A stretch of DNA of 64,000 nucleotides from an uncultured Verrucomicrobiae bacterium. GTDB taxonomy: Bacteria > Verrucomicrobiota > Verrucomicrobiia > Chthoniobacterales > JAFAMB01. Location: the NCBI GenBank assembly GCA_963808535.1, contig CAWEGF010000015.1, forward strand, positions 22,526 through 86,525, given 5' to 3'. Of the stretch, positions 1 to 10,374 are shown piece by piece. Under the pieces are notes generated by a model. The model was not told the origin of the DNA. It made no database searches and was given only the letters and a program-made list of their open reading frames with translations. A program made the position numbers and the translations under genes. Within the stretch, counting starts at the first letter, position 1; every line of letters begins with the position of its first letter.

Positions 1-601
1 CTCGGATATTGTGCCCGCATGGGCGAAGTGGACGTCCGGGTAATCGGATCGCAATCCGCCGTCGATGCGGCAGGTGGCCTGATCGAAAGTGAGCTCGAAC
101 CCTACATCGTCACGACAGAGGATAAGGAATTAGAGGAGGTGGTCGTTGGACTTCTGACAGCCAGGAAAGCAACTCTGGCCATCGCCGAGTCCTGCACTGG
201 AGGCCTGTTGTCGAACCGGATTACGGATGTCCCGGGATCATCTGTCGTCTTTATTGAGGGGAACGTCACTTACTCTAATGATGCAAAGATGCGAACATTA
301 GGAGTTTCTGCCGAACTGCTTTCCACAGTGGGAGCGGTCAGCAAAGAGGTGGCCAGAGCAATGGCGGAAGGAGCGTTACAGCGAAGTGGTGCCACCTACG
401 CCCTTTCCACTACGGGCATTGCCGGACCGGACGGAGGCACCGATCAGAAACCCGTGGGCACAGTTTTTATCGGGTTAGCAAGTCGCGGATCCGAACACCT
501 TGGTCGAAAAGGAGTTCTTTCCCACGGATCGCCCCTCTTTCAAGCGGATCTGCACTCAGCACGCCTTGGAAATGCTCCGCAGGAAAATACTGGCCATTTG
601 A
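1..601 (+). CDS. cinA: CinA/PncC (NMN deamidase) family protein, C-terminal part; 5'-truncated by window edge; frameshift near 495
   Basis: AESCTGG and STTGIAGPDGGT..KPVGTVFIG motifs; shifted frame continues TLVEKEFFPTDRPSFKRICTQHALEMLRRKILAI* (TGA 599-601). Confidence 0.9.
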
Positions 602-711
602 AAAGTACGCAAAGCGTCCCCGCTTTTGCCTGGATTCTAGCTGTTCCTTCAAGAGTTTTAACTCAGAGTTTTCAACCGAGGCTCTATATATGGATCGAGG
701 GCCTGCCCCGA

Positions 712-760
712 AGCCGAAGGGGCTACAGAACCTCAGCCCAGGGTTTCAACCCTGGGAACC
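712..760. repeat. REP-like hairpin, family A (cccagggtttcaaccctggg with gaaggggctacagaa flank)
   Basis: Palindrome between convergent genes; related motif recurs at ~18.5-19.85, 32.16, 45.16, 54.45 and 62.73-62.97 kb. Confidence 0.8.
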
Positions 761-1374
761 TAATAAGCGACTTGGACGGGCGTTCCCACCTTAACATGGG
801 CGTAGATCTGCGGAGCGATTTCGGCCGGCATGCGGATGCATCCGTGGGAGGCCGGATACCCCGGCAAAATCCCGATGTGCATCCCCACCCCTTCCGAGGT
901 CAATCGCATGAAGTAAAACATCGGCGCCCCGACAAAATGACTGCCGCTCGGTGCTGAATCAATTCGCGCACTCACCCCACCCCGGACCACCCGGCCTCTC
1001 GAGTCGACAAAGTTGCCGTAGATGTTCGAACGATGGTTGGGATCTTTTTGTTGGATGGTGTAGTTGCCGGTCGGGGTGAACCCAGCCTTTTTCCCTGAAG
1101 AAATGGGAGTGTCAATGGCCAGTTGGGTTCCGGCGTAGAGGTAGGCCCTTTGTCGGGATAAAGATACCAGCACGACGGCGTTATCCGGAGTCGTTTGCGC
1201 CAAAATATTTTGATTAATTACCGGAGGCGCCTGTTTTGCGATCAATTGTTGCGGTGAAGCCATGTTCGAGTGGCGATCTTGAGCCCAACCGGAATTGGCT
1301 GCCATCCATAGGAAACCAAAAACAGCCAACCCTCCGCCCTGTAACCGTCGCGTTAAGTGGTTCATGTGCTGCAA
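760..1374 (-). CDS. L,D-transpeptidase (YkuD family), exported
   Basis: HIG..PGYPASHGCIRM catalytic motif, TPTGNY, N-terminal signal-like segment. Confidence 0.9.
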   Translation of the reverse strand: MQHMNHLTRRLQGGGLAVFGFLWMAANSGWAQDRHSNMASPQQLIAKQAPPVINQNILAQTTPDNAVVLVSLSRQRAYLYAGTQLAIDTPISSGKKAGFTPTGNYTIQQKDPNHRSNIYGNFVDSRGRVVRGGVSARIDSAPSGSHFVGAPMFYFMRLTSEGVGMHIGILPGYPASHGCIRMPAEIAPQIYAHVKVGTPVQVAY

Positions 1375-1540
1375 ATAACTCGGCTACGCATACTGAATTT
1401 GTTCCCGGCGAATCAATCAAATACGCCGACCAACGATGGAAGTCAGCCAAAATGAGTCGCCATCTGCAGTTTTAGATGACCGAAAAAGCACCGGACTAAT
1501 CGCTGGCGTTCAGGCCATTCTCTGGTAATCACTGATCAGA

Positions 1541-2449
1541 ATGGTTCACCTCATCGACGCCCTTCACCTCGGCGCACCCGACGTCCTTTGCGTCGCGCTT
1601 GTCGAGTGCGGACCAAAGGAATTGCTCCTGGTCGACAGTGGTCCGGAATCCGACTTTGATGCCGTAGTTGAAGGGATCAAAAAAATCGGATTTCGACCAA
1701 CGGACGTCAAGCATCTGCTGGCCTCTCATATTCACTTGGATCACACCGGCGGCGCCTGGCGTTGGGCCAAAGAATTTGGAACCAAGATTTACGCCCATCC
1801 AAAAGGGGTACTCCACCTAGTCGATCCATCCAGGTTGGTCGGAAGCGCGACGAGGATTTACGGAGATAAAATGCACTCCTTATGGGGAGAAGCTGGGCAA
1901 ATCCCCGAGGATCAGGTGGTCGCGGTCGAAGATAACGCCGAGCTACAATTTGGTTCCCAAAGATTTCGCGTTCTTTATACACCGGGCCACGCCCAGCATC
2001 ACAATGCCTATTGGCTGGAGTCCGAACGAACCGTATTTGCCGGAGATGTTGCGGGGGTGCTCATCCGTGGAGGGTCACCGATCCCCCCTTTTCCGCCTCC
2101 GGATATTCATTTGGAGACTTGGAAAAATTCACTCGATAAGATTCGCGCTCTCGACCCCGCTTCGCTGCACGTCACCCATTTCGGCCGAGTCGATCATCCC
2201 AATCGGAACTTAGATGTCCTGGAAAAGCGGTTATTCAGTTGGGCAGACTGGATGAAGCAGCGATTGCTGGAGGGTAGGTCGGAGGCGGAAATCATTCCAG
2301 AGTTTGAAAAATTCACGGAGCAGGAACTCCTCGCCGACGGAACTCCGAGTGAGGATTTGATCACCTACGAACAAGCGGACCCTGCCGCGATGAGCGTCGC
2401 TGGATTGACTCGCTACTGGCAAAAATATCATCCGGAACAGGTATCCTGA
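1541..2449 (+). CDS. MBL-fold metallo-hydrolase
   Basis: SHIHLDH, TPGHA, AGD and THFG metal-binding motifs. Confidence 0.92.
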   Translation: MVHLIDALHLGAPDVLCVALVECGPKELLLVDSGPESDFDAVVEGIKKIGFRPTDVKHLLASHIHLDHTGGAWRWAKEFGTKIYAHPKGVLHLVDPSRLVGSATRIYGDKMHSLWGEAGQIPEDQVVAVEDNAELQFGSQRFRVLYTPGHAQHHNAYWLESERTVFAGDVAGVLIRGGSPIPPFPPPDIHLETWKNSLDKIRALDPASLHVTHFGRVDHPNRNLDVLEKRLFSWADWMKQRLLEGRSEAEIIPEFEKFTEQELLADGTPSEDLITYEQADPAAMSVAGLTRYWQKYHPEQVS

Positions 2450-2502
2450 TTACCAATACAAACCTACTCTAGATCGGAAATCGCTCACATTCCGCCATCG
2501 AC

Positions 2503-2739
2503 CTACTCGGGAGAGCCACACGCGAAGCGGCCGTACTCGAACAACTTGATAAAGCCGAGGATCAGCAAGGCCGGTTTGAACAGTAGGAACGTGATTTTCA
2601 CCAGTATTCCCACCAATTTGCCCAGGGGTAGCAAACACAGAAAGAATCCCCCGACAAAGGCCAGGATCAGGCTCTCCTTGGGTTGCCGGCGGATCATTGC
2701 TTCCAGCTCATTCAACGATTGATTCACATTTTGGTCCAT
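2503..2739 (-). CDS. Small membrane protein (possibly ElaB/YqjD-like)
   Basis: ATG at 2739; IRRQPKESLILAFVGGF followed by hydrophobic helices. Confidence 0.5.
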   Translation of the reverse strand: MDQNVNQSLNELEAMIRRQPKESLILAFVGGFFLCLLPLGKLVGILVKITFLLFKPALLILGFIKLFEYGRFACGSPE

Positions 2740-2834
2740 ACTCACAAAAATACCCCGAAAACAGGACTCTGCGCCACTTTCTGGTTTCGTTTTTTCTGGG
2801 TTTACATCCGGCGCCGGTGAGCGATTCATTCCGG

Positions 2835-2996
2835 ATGCGAAAGCCATTCACCTGGGCTGCACGTTTCCTCCTTGCGGCACTGATTGCTTCACTCGCCTCT
2901 TGTCAGAACGGCGGAGAAGGTACCCTCCCAAAAGGGCAGGTTACGGATCCAAATGTCTCCTTCACCAATCCCGCGACCCGAAATGAAGGACAGTGA
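2835..2996 (+). CDS. Small putative lipoprotein (53 aa)
   Basis: MRKPFTWAARFLLAALIASLAS-C lipobox-like signal within ORF 2697..2996. Confidence 0.55.
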   Translation: MRKPFTWAARFLLAALIASLASCQNGGEGTLPKGQVTDPNVSFTNPATRNEGQ

Positions 2997-3109
2997 AGAG
3001 AGGAGACCGGAGTTGCAGAATTTAAACCCGCGACGCCAAATCTAATGTAAAAGCTTGCAATTCTCGACTAAGACGCAGCGTCTGCTGTCTCCTGTCTTGT
3101 CTCCTGTTC

Positions 3110-4297
3110 TCAATCTCCCAGCAGTCGATGGTATTTTCGCAGGATTTCGCGGAGCCGTTCGTGAGGTAAAGCGTAAAAGGTGTTGTTGTTGATTCCCTGC
3201 ATCGTTCTGGCAGCGACCAGCGCGTTGATGATCGCCTCTTCGGTCGCTTGTGCCGCCGCGGCCAACAACGGGTCCAGCTCATTGTTCTTCAGCGCAGACC
3301 ATTGCTCCCGAATTCCTACCTCGGCCGGCACCGCGGTTGAGAAGGCAATGAACAGATCGCCCGACGAATTCGTACTAATACCGCCGGTCCGTGCCATCCC
3401 GAGAGCTGCGCGTTTGACAACCCTTTTCAGCTGTGGCGAAAGCAGCGGCGCATCGGTGGCAATCACCACCAGGAGGGAACCCTCTTTTTCGAGCTCTTTA
3501 GGAAAAACCGGCTGAAGATCAGGAATCTCTTTTCCCACCGGAACCCCGGCCACCATGAGGTTATCTCGCCGCGCAAAATTGGCCTGCACTAACACCCCAA
3601 GGCAAAAGTTTTCCCCGCCAATGATGATCGTGCGCGAAGAAGTCCCGGTTCCTGCCTTAAACCCAAAAGCGCGCATCCCCGTGCCTCCGCCCGAGTTTCC
3701 CTCCTCCACCGGACCGCTTTTTGCATGATCCAGGGCGCTGAACACGTCCTCCTTCTTTACGTGGAAACCGTTAATGTCATTGAGTTCACCGTCCCAAGTC
3801 TCGGCTACCACCGGCAAACTGAAGTTCTCCGTGCCCGGAAATTTCTTCGTTCCCCATTCCACAACTGCATCGCGGGTCACTCCGACACTGTGAGTGTTCG
3901 TCAGCAACACCGGACCCTCCAAAAAACCTGATTCCTCCACCCATTCCGCACCAGTCATTTCTCCATTGCCGTTAAACGAATAGACCGCGGCGGGCACCCG
4001 GGTATTACTGTTCGCCTTCCCAAGCGGGAAAATGGCGGTCACCCCCGTGCGGACCGGCCCCAGCCCGACCACTAGTTTTCCTTCGCCTTCCACCAGGGTG
4101 GTTTGCCCCACCTCCACCCCGCGCACATCTGTAATGGCGTTGAGATCACTTGGCGTACCCTCAAAGGGAACGCCCAGATCACGCGCCCGCGGAACCCCGG
4201 TGGCGACGAAAGCCGCGGCTTCAAAACCAGTCCCCCAACAAAACGCCACGACCGCTGGACCCAAGGCGAAGATGATAAGAGAACGACGCTTCATCAC
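3110..4297 (-). CDS. P1/DmpA-family (peptidase S58) aminopeptidase, exported
   Basis: NAITDVRGVEVG, RTGVTAI, NGNGEMTG, GGGTGM, G|S autoproteolysis site (EGSLLVVIATDAPL), SGDLFIAFST. Confidence 0.9.
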   Translation of the reverse strand: MMKRRSLIIFALGPAVVAFCWGTGFEAAAFVATGVPRARDLGVPFEGTPSDLNAITDVRGVEVGQTTLVEGEGKLVVGLGPVRTGVTAIFPLGKANSNTRVPAAVYSFNGNGEMTGAEWVEESGFLEGPVLLTNTHSVGVTRDAVVEWGTKKFPGTENFSLPVVAETWDGELNDINGFHVKKEDVFSALDHAKSGPVEEGNSGGGTGMRAFGFKAGTGTSSRTIIIGGENFCLGVLVQANFARRDNLMVAGVPVGKEIPDLQPVFPKELEKEGSLLVVIATDAPLLSPQLKRVVKRAALGMARTGGISTNSSGDLFIAFSTAVPAEVGIREQWSALKNNELDPLLAAAAQATEEAIINALVAARTMQGINNNTFYALPHERLREILRKYHRLLGD

Positions 4298-4572
4298 CGA
4301 AAAAAAGAATATTATCGGCTACCGAACGAATTCGTAATTTTCTTGCACTGTATTCACTCGATTGCATTCGTCGCCACGGACTTCCAACTGCTGATCAGGA
4401 TCCGGCCCCACGATCGACTTTACTTGATAAATGGAATCGCTGCTCTAGTTTTGGTGAGTTACTGCGGGAGAATTCTTTTTTAAAGCGCTCCTACTCAACA
4501 GGAGCGCGATGACAAAACTGAAGCAGTGACGTCGTTCCATACGTTTTTACAAAAAGTAATAATATACCATCT

Positions 4573-5631
4573 ATGAATAACACTAAGGCCTATGCCGCAC
4601 CAAGCCCTAAGGAGGCGCTGGCGCCGTTCAGCTTCCAACGCCGGGAAGTACAACCCAAAGATGTCCAGATTGACATCCTATTCTGTGGGGTCTGCCATTC
4701 CGATATCCATCAGGCTCGCGACGAGTGGGGTGGCTCCATTTATCCAATGGTGCCAGGACACGAAATTGTCGGGCGCGTGATCAAAGCCGGCAATGGGGTG
4801 ACTAAATTTAAAGTCGGTGATCTGGTTGGAATCGGATGCTTTGTCGATTCGTGCCGGGAATGCGAGCAATGCCAGGCCGGACAGGAACAATATTGTGAAA
4901 AGGGCATGAGCCCGACCTATAACGGTTACGAACAAGATCACAAAACGCCCACTTACGGCGGGTACTCCACGCAAATCGTGGTCGACGAAAAATATGTTTT
5001 AAGAGTTTCACCCGACCTTTCTCTCGAAGGCGTCGCCCCGCTGCTGTGTGCCGGTATCACCACCTACTCGCCGTTGCGCCACTGGAACGTTGGCAAAGGG
5101 CATAAAGTCGGGGTCCTCGGTTTAGGTGGACTGGGACATATGGGAGTGAAGATCGCAGCCGCCCTCGGCGCGGAAGTCACCATGCTAAGCACTTCTGCTT
5201 CCAAAGAGGCGGATGCCAAACGTCTGGGAGCGCATCAATTCGCCCTGACGACCAATCCGGATGTCTTTAAGCAATACTCTCGGTATTTCGATTTCATCCT
5301 GGATACCGTCTCCGCCTCACACGACTACGAGAAATATCTCGACACCCTGAGAACCAACGGCACGCTGATCATGGTTGGTCTCCCGCCCGACCCGATGGCC
5401 ATACCTGCTTTCAGCTTGGTCCCGCGCCGCAGAAGTGTTGTCGGTTCAATGATCGGCGGAATCGCTGAAACCCAGGAGATGCTCGATTTCTGTGCCGAAC
5501 ACAATATCACCTCCGACGTGGAGGTTATCCCGATTCAACAGATCAACGAAGCTTACGAACGGACCATCAAAGGACAGGTCAAATACCGTTTTGTCATTGA
5601 TATCACGTCGCTGAAGGAGGCTAACGGATAA
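4573..5631 (+). CDS. Zn-dependent NADP alcohol dehydrogenase (YahK/CAD-like)
   Basis: CGVCHSD, GHE, structural Zn CxxCxxC, PLLCAGITTY, GLGGLG. Confidence 0.95.
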   Translation: MNNTKAYAAPSPKEALAPFSFQRREVQPKDVQIDILFCGVCHSDIHQARDEWGGSIYPMVPGHEIVGRVIKAGNGVTKFKVGDLVGIGCFVDSCRECEQCQAGQEQYCEKGMSPTYNGYEQDHKTPTYGGYSTQIVVDEKYVLRVSPDLSLEGVAPLLCAGITTYSPLRHWNVGKGHKVGVLGLGGLGHMGVKIAAALGAEVTMLSTSASKEADAKRLGAHQFALTTNPDVFKQYSRYFDFILDTVSASHDYEKYLDTLRTNGTLIMVGLPPDPMAIPAFSLVPRRRSVVGSMIGGIAETQEMLDFCAEHNITSDVEVIPIQQINEAYERTIKGQVKYRFVIDITSLKEANG

Positions 5632-6025
5632 CCACCACTTTCTGGATGTTTAGATCAAAGTCCACGAAGTGAGGGATTCTGCTGCTATCGCCGTCTGTTC
5701 CAGCGGCCGGAAAATTTCTCACCCCCTGGGTGAGCATCGGTTGCGGAGCAACGGCTCGCAATTCGATGTTCCGAACGGCCCGGCCGAGGTTATCGACGGC
5801 GAAATTGATCAGTAGCGGTGTGGTCCCCACATAATCGCCGTTGATGAGAATTCTGGCCCCGACCGGTTGGGAAAGGATTGCCACCGGCCGGAGGCCGCCG
5901 ATGGAAGAGGGGTCCTGAGTCTGCTTGGTATTCGCCGGGGAAGAATCAACTCCGGCGTAACAGGTCGAGGCTAAAAATAGGCCCGCGATTCCCGTGGAAA
6001 AACAATGCCGCAATACGTGGTTCAT
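5621..6025 (-). CDS. Exported PEGA-domain-like protein
   Basis: Signal peptide; SQPVGARILINGDYVGTTP is PEGA-like. Confidence 0.65.
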   Translation of the reverse strand: MNHVLRHCFSTGIAGLFLASTCYAGVDSSPANTKQTQDPSSIGGLRPVAILSQPVGARILINGDYVGTTPLLINFAVDNLGRAVRNIELRAVAPQPMLTQGVRNFPAAGTDGDSSRIPHFVDFDLNIQKVVVIR

Positions 6026-6217
6026 AAGTGGAATCCCTAGTGGTCCGCAGCCCGAAAAGGTAAACGAACCGCTAGACCAAATGACCTTGGTACCACCTTC
6101 ATTTACCGAATGGAAGCTAAATACGGCGGGTCAAGGTAGAGAATTGCATTTTGCATATTTCAGCGTCTAACGCGGTAGCAGTGTGTCCCGGAGGGACGAC
6201 TTGAGTTTCAGAAAGAA

Positions 6218-6267
6218 GTAAGGCGAGACGCCTTACCTACGTAGGCCAGCCGTCCCGACTTGCTCCG
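6218..6267. repeat. Back-to-back GTAG-type REP doublet
   Basis: gtaaggcgagacgccttacctac (reverse complement GTAG+hairpin) followed directly by gtaggccagccgtcccgacttgc; related copies at 46580, 50598 and 58386. Confidence 0.7.
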
Positions 6268-6322
6268 CTGTCATTTTAGGGACGAGGGACGGGACGAAGA
6301 ATCATCCCAAGAAGCAAAGTCT

Positions 6323-7393
6323 CTACTCGACTCGGACGGCCGCAGCTTGGGCTTTGAGACATAGTTCGGCCGCTTTAAAGGCATGTTCCTGGGTCATGGC
6401 GTTTTCCGTCCCATTCAGGCAATCGAGAATGAATTGCCCGAAGAACGGAAAGCCGACCTTTCCGTGGAGCGCAAAATGTTGTTCGCGCTCGCCATTGACC
6501 AAGAAAAGATGGTCTCCATCGCCTTCGCGACTAACATCAATGTACTTGCGCATCTCGAGATAGCCTTCGGTCCCTAAAATCAGCGTTCGCCCATCTCCCC
6601 AGGTCCGCAAACCTCCAGGGGTCAGCCAATCGACCCGGAAATAGAAGGTGGCCCCGTTGTCAGCCACCAAAGTAGCGTCTCCAAAATCTTCCAATTCTGG
6701 ATATTGCCGGTTCGCATAATTCGCCACCCTTGCCGAAGTGACATTGGCATCCGAGGCCCCGGCGAAAAAAAGGAATTGCTCGATCTGATGACTACCGATG
6801 TCGCACAAGATACCGCCATATTTCGCTTTTTCGAAAAACCAGGCTGGCCGCGATTGGGCATTCAGACGATGCGGACCGAGCCCCAAAACATTCACCACCC
6901 GGCCAATCGCGCCTTGCTGGACAAGCTCACCGGCGAAGACCGCACATTCCACGTGGAGACGTTCGCTGAAGTAAACCATATACTTGCGGCCTGTCTCAGC
7001 CGCGACTGATCTGGCCTCCGCCAGCTGGTCTAGCGTGGTAAACGGGGTTTTATCGGTGAAGTAATTTTTGCCGGCCCTCATCACTTTCGTCCCCAGCGTC
7101 CCTCTTTCAGACGGAACCGCCGCCGCGGCCACCAAGTTCACGCTCGGATCCTCAAGAATCTCGTCCAGCGACCAGGCTACTCGCGCCATCGGAAAATTTT
7201 TCCGAAACGCGTCGACTTTTTGTGGATCAGGATCAAAGACCCAGCGCAGTTCCGCGCCCGCTTCGAGTAACCCGTTGCATTGACCGTTAATGTGACCGTG
7301 ATCAAGGGCCACCGCCGCAAATAGGAACTCTCCCGGTTGGCAGACCGGTTTTGGTTTTCCTTTGGGCGCATAGTCGTAACCTGTCTGACTCAT
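6323..7393 (-). CDS. Gfo/Idh/MocA family oxidoreductase
   Basis: Variant DKTP motif; GGILCDIGSHQI. Confidence 0.9.
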   Translation of the reverse strand: MSQTGYDYAPKGKPKPVCQPGEFLFAAVALDHGHINGQCNGLLEAGAELRWVFDPDPQKVDAFRKNFPMARVAWSLDEILEDPSVNLVAAAAVPSERGTLGTKVMRAGKNYFTDKTPFTTLDQLAEARSVAAETGRKYMVYFSERLHVECAVFAGELVQQGAIGRVVNVLGLGPHRLNAQSRPAWFFEKAKYGGILCDIGSHQIEQFLFFAGASDANVTSARVANYANRQYPELEDFGDATLVADNGATFYFRVDWLTPGGLRTWGDGRTLILGTEGYLEMRKYIDVSREGDGDHLFLVNGEREQHFALHGKVGFPFFGQFILDCLNGTENAMTQEHAFKAAELCLKAQAAAVRVE

Positions 7394-7418
7394 AGTTGAA
7401 GGGGTCGAGGCGCTTAAA

Positions 7419-8570
7419 TTAACGAAAAGACTTTGCCATGTCGTCGGGGATCGCTCTGATCACCTTTGGCTGCTGACGGGTCGAAGCGGCGATCATTTTT
7501 TGCAGATGCTTTTCGAATAATGCCCCGTCGAAAGGCAATTCGACGGTCCGATTTTCCAAAGTTGAGAGGAGGAACGCATTGGCCAGTTCTAAAGAAAAAA
7601 GACCCTCCCGGGCGGGGGCAATCAAGGGCGCTCCATCCAGGATCGCGGAAACAAAGTTGGCCAGAATTCCATTATGCTGGGGGCCATGTCCTTGCACCGG
7701 GATTCGAATATCCCACGTCTCGGGTGCCGAAAAGCGTCCGGGGTCAGTACGTGAAAAATCGCTCATCGCCACCTCATTCCGAGTGAAAGCCAACGAATCA
7801 TTTTCGATGACCACTTTGCCTAGTTCAGCGGCCACTTCCAGCCGGTTGGTCCCCGGCGCCTCCCCGGTAGAAGCGCAAAATACCGCGGTCATCCCGTCTG
7901 CATATTCGAGATAAGCAGTCACGTCATCTTCGACTTCGATATCGTGATACCGGCCAAAATGACAAAACGCCCGGACTCGGGCCGGCATGCCAAAGATCCA
8001 TTGCAGCAAATCAAGATTGTGCGGACACTGGTTCAGCAAGACCCCACCACCCTCGCCCGCCCAAGTCGCTCTCCAATCGCTCGATTGATAATAGGCCTCC
8101 GTGCGAAACCAATTGGTAATCGTCCAACTAACACGCCGGATCACTCCCAGTCCGCCCGTTTGCACCAGATGCCGGAGTTTCAGAAAGAAAGGGTCCGTTC
8201 GCTGGTTAAACATGGCGGCAAAGACCTGTTCCGGACGTCGATGAGCCGCAATTAAATTTTCGGCATCCGATTTATGGGCGGAGATCGGTTTCTCCACCAG
8301 CACATGTCGCCCAGTTTCGAGGGCTCGGATGCCGATCGTCGTGTGAGCGTAGTGCGGCGTGGCGATCAAGACCGCATCCGTGTCCGACGACTGCAAAAAG
8401 TCATCCACCGAGTGAAAAGCTTGGGCGGAAGAAAACCGAGCCAGGCGTTCCGCCACCGGATCACAGACCGCCGTGAGTTTGCAACGGGGAACCTGGCCAT
8501 CGATGACGCTTTGCGCGTGGATGGACCCCATCGTCCCGATTCCGACAATTCCAAGTTTCACCGTTTGCAT
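7419..8570 (-). CDS. Gfo/Idh/MocA family oxidoreductase
   Basis: GIVGIGTMG, HVLVEKP, GGGVLLNQCPH. Confidence 0.93.
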   Translation of the reverse strand: MQTVKLGIVGIGTMGSIHAQSVIDGQVPRCKLTAVCDPVAERLARFSSAQAFHSVDDFLQSSDTDAVLIATPHYAHTTIGIRALETGRHVLVEKPISAHKSDAENLIAAHRRPEQVFAAMFNQRTDPFFLKLRHLVQTGGLGVIRRVSWTITNWFRTEAYYQSSDWRATWAGEGGGVLLNQCPHNLDLLQWIFGMPARVRAFCHFGRYHDIEVEDDVTAYLEYADGMTAVFCASTGEAPGTNRLEVAAELGKVVIENDSLAFTRNEVAMSDFSRTDPGRFSAPETWDIRIPVQGHGPQHNGILANFVSAILDGAPLIAPAREGLFSLELANAFLLSTLENRTVELPFDGALFEKHLQKMIAASTRQQPKVIRAIPDDMAKSFR

Positions 8571-8588
8571 ACCGAATATTTGCCTCTT

Positions 8589-9431
8589 CTAACCCTTCAC
8601 CCCTCCGCTGAGCGATCCTTTCAAGAAATAACGCTGAAAGCAGAGAAAAACCACCAGGACCGGCAGCATCGCCAGGGTGGCGTAAGCTAGTAACGTTCCC
8701 CATTCCACCGTGTTAGTGCCGACCAGGTTCGCCAATGATAGCTGTAAGGTGAAATTCTTTTGGTCACCGATGACAATCAATGGCCATAGATAATCGTTCC
8801 ATCGCCAGGTGAAGCTTAAAATCCCGACCGCTCCTAACGCCGGAGCAGACAACGGTAATATTATATGACGATAAATTTTCCAATCAGAGGCCCCATCGAT
8901 CCGAGCAGCTTCCAATAGCTCATCCGGGATGCCGACGATATATTGCCGCATCATGAAAGTCCCGGTGGCTGTCGCGGCCGGCGGGATAATGATTCCGATC
9001 AGGCTGTTGATCCATCCTAAAGTTTTTAAGATCAGAAACACCGGCACCATCAGCACCTGAAGCGGAACTAAAAGCACACTGATGATCAGTAAAAAGATAA
9101 ACTGCCGGCCGAGAAACCGGTATTTGGCCAGAGCAAACCCGGCCATCGAACTGGCCACCACGGTGATGATGCTGCTCGAGGTGGCGACGACCAGGGAATT
9201 CATCGCATACCTGGGTACATCCCCGGTTCCGAAGACTGCTTTGAAGTTGACCAGACTAAGCTTACGGGGATCGAAGTTGGGCGGGAAGGTGAACAAATTA
9301 CCAGGGGGTTGGAACGCCGAAAAGATCGCCCAACCGACAGGCGCCAGGAAAATCAAACAGATCGCCAGGGCACAACAATCGTAGATCACTTTGCCGAACT
9401 CGATTTGAGACTCTTTACTGATCCTCATCAA
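8589..9431 (-). CDS. Carbohydrate ABC transporter permease (MalG-like)
   Basis: EAARIDGAS EAA loop, WNDYLWPL, multiple TM segments. Confidence 0.93.
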   Translation of the reverse strand: MMRISKESQIEFGKVIYDCCALAICLIFLAPVGWAIFSAFQPPGNLFTFPPNFDPRKLSLVNFKAVFGTGDVPRYAMNSLVVATSSSIITVVASSMAGFALAKYRFLGRQFIFLLIISVLLVPLQVLMVPVFLILKTLGWINSLIGIIIPPAATATGTFMMRQYIVGIPDELLEAARIDGASDWKIYRHIILPLSAPALGAVGILSFTWRWNDYLWPLIVIGDQKNFTLQLSLANLVGTNTVEWGTLLAYATLAMLPVLVVFLCFQRYFLKGSLSGGVKG

Positions 9432-10366
9432 ATCGTCCCTTCCTGTTTAAAGAGCCGCGTTTGCAACCAGGCCACGAACAGAATTATGGGCATCAAAACG
9501 ACCGCCTGGGCCACCCCATAGCCAGGTTGTAAGCGGCCAAAGGCAGATTGATACATGTTCTGCACCACCAGGCGGGTCGCACTGCCAGGGCCACCGTCGG
9601 TCAGCAACAGAATCGTTTCAAAAGCTTGAGTGGCATGAACCATGGCCAGGATGACGATTAGCAAAATGGACGGCCGGAGCATCGGGAGAGTGATATGCCA
9701 AAAGCGTTGCCACTTGGCGGCGCCTTCAATTCTGGCCGCCTCGTAAAGTTCGGGACTGATTTGACTTAGGCCCGCTAAGACCATCAGCATATAAAAACCG
9801 ACCAGGTTCCAGACGGAAGCGATGACCACGCTGACCCGGGCATAAAAGTCGGCCGACAACCATGGAATCGTCGACAGTCCCGCCCATTTCAGGAAGCCGT
9901 CGATTACGCCCAGATCTTCATTCAAGAGCCATTTCCAGGAGGTGGCGACCACGACCGGTGAAAGAACAAACGGAATATAGAAGCCCACCCGCGCTAACAA
10001 TCGGGCCGGTCTGCTTTCGCGCAAAAACACGGCGATGGCGATGCTTCCCACGACAATAAGTGGAACCACCGTCAGCGTGTACCAGGCCGTATTCAGCACG
10101 CTCAAACCGAATTGACCATCCTGAAATAGTTGAAGATAGTTTCCCAGCCCGATAAACCGGGAGGTGCCGCGAACGACATCGACGTTCTGCAGCGACATCC
10201 AGACTCCGTAAATCATCGGGAACACGCTGAAAAGAAAGAGCAGTCCCACGGTAGGAACCAAAAACAGGTAAGGAGCGAACTGAAATTCGCTTAACCGCCT
10301 CCGTAAAAAGTGCCTCCGCCCGGAAAGTGGATTCGGCCTCGAAACAGGATGGTCAGGCGAGATCAT
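9428..10366 (-). CDS. Carbohydrate ABC transporter permease (MalF-like)
   Basis: LYEAARIEGA, FWHITLPML, TDGGPG. Confidence 0.93.
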   Translation of the reverse strand: MISPDHPVSRPNPLSGRRHFLRRRLSEFQFAPYLFLVPTVGLLFLFSVFPMIYGVWMSLQNVDVVRGTSRFIGLGNYLQLFQDGQFGLSVLNTAWYTLTVVPLIVVGSIAIAVFLRESRPARLLARVGFYIPFVLSPVVVATSWKWLLNEDLGVIDGFLKWAGLSTIPWLSADFYARVSVVIASVWNLVGFYMLMVLAGLSQISPELYEAARIEGAAKWQRFWHITLPMLRPSILLIVILAMVHATQAFETILLLTDGGPGSATRLVVQNMYQSAFGRLQPGYGVAQAVVLMPIILFVAWLQTRLFKQEGTI

Positions 10367-10374
10367 AGCCGTTT

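Noticed and set aside
602-957. C-terminal extension of the 312-aa ORF 19..957
   Set aside because: Artefact of the cinA frameshift; the true frame stops at 601 and the extension overlaps a REP and the opposite-strand gene.
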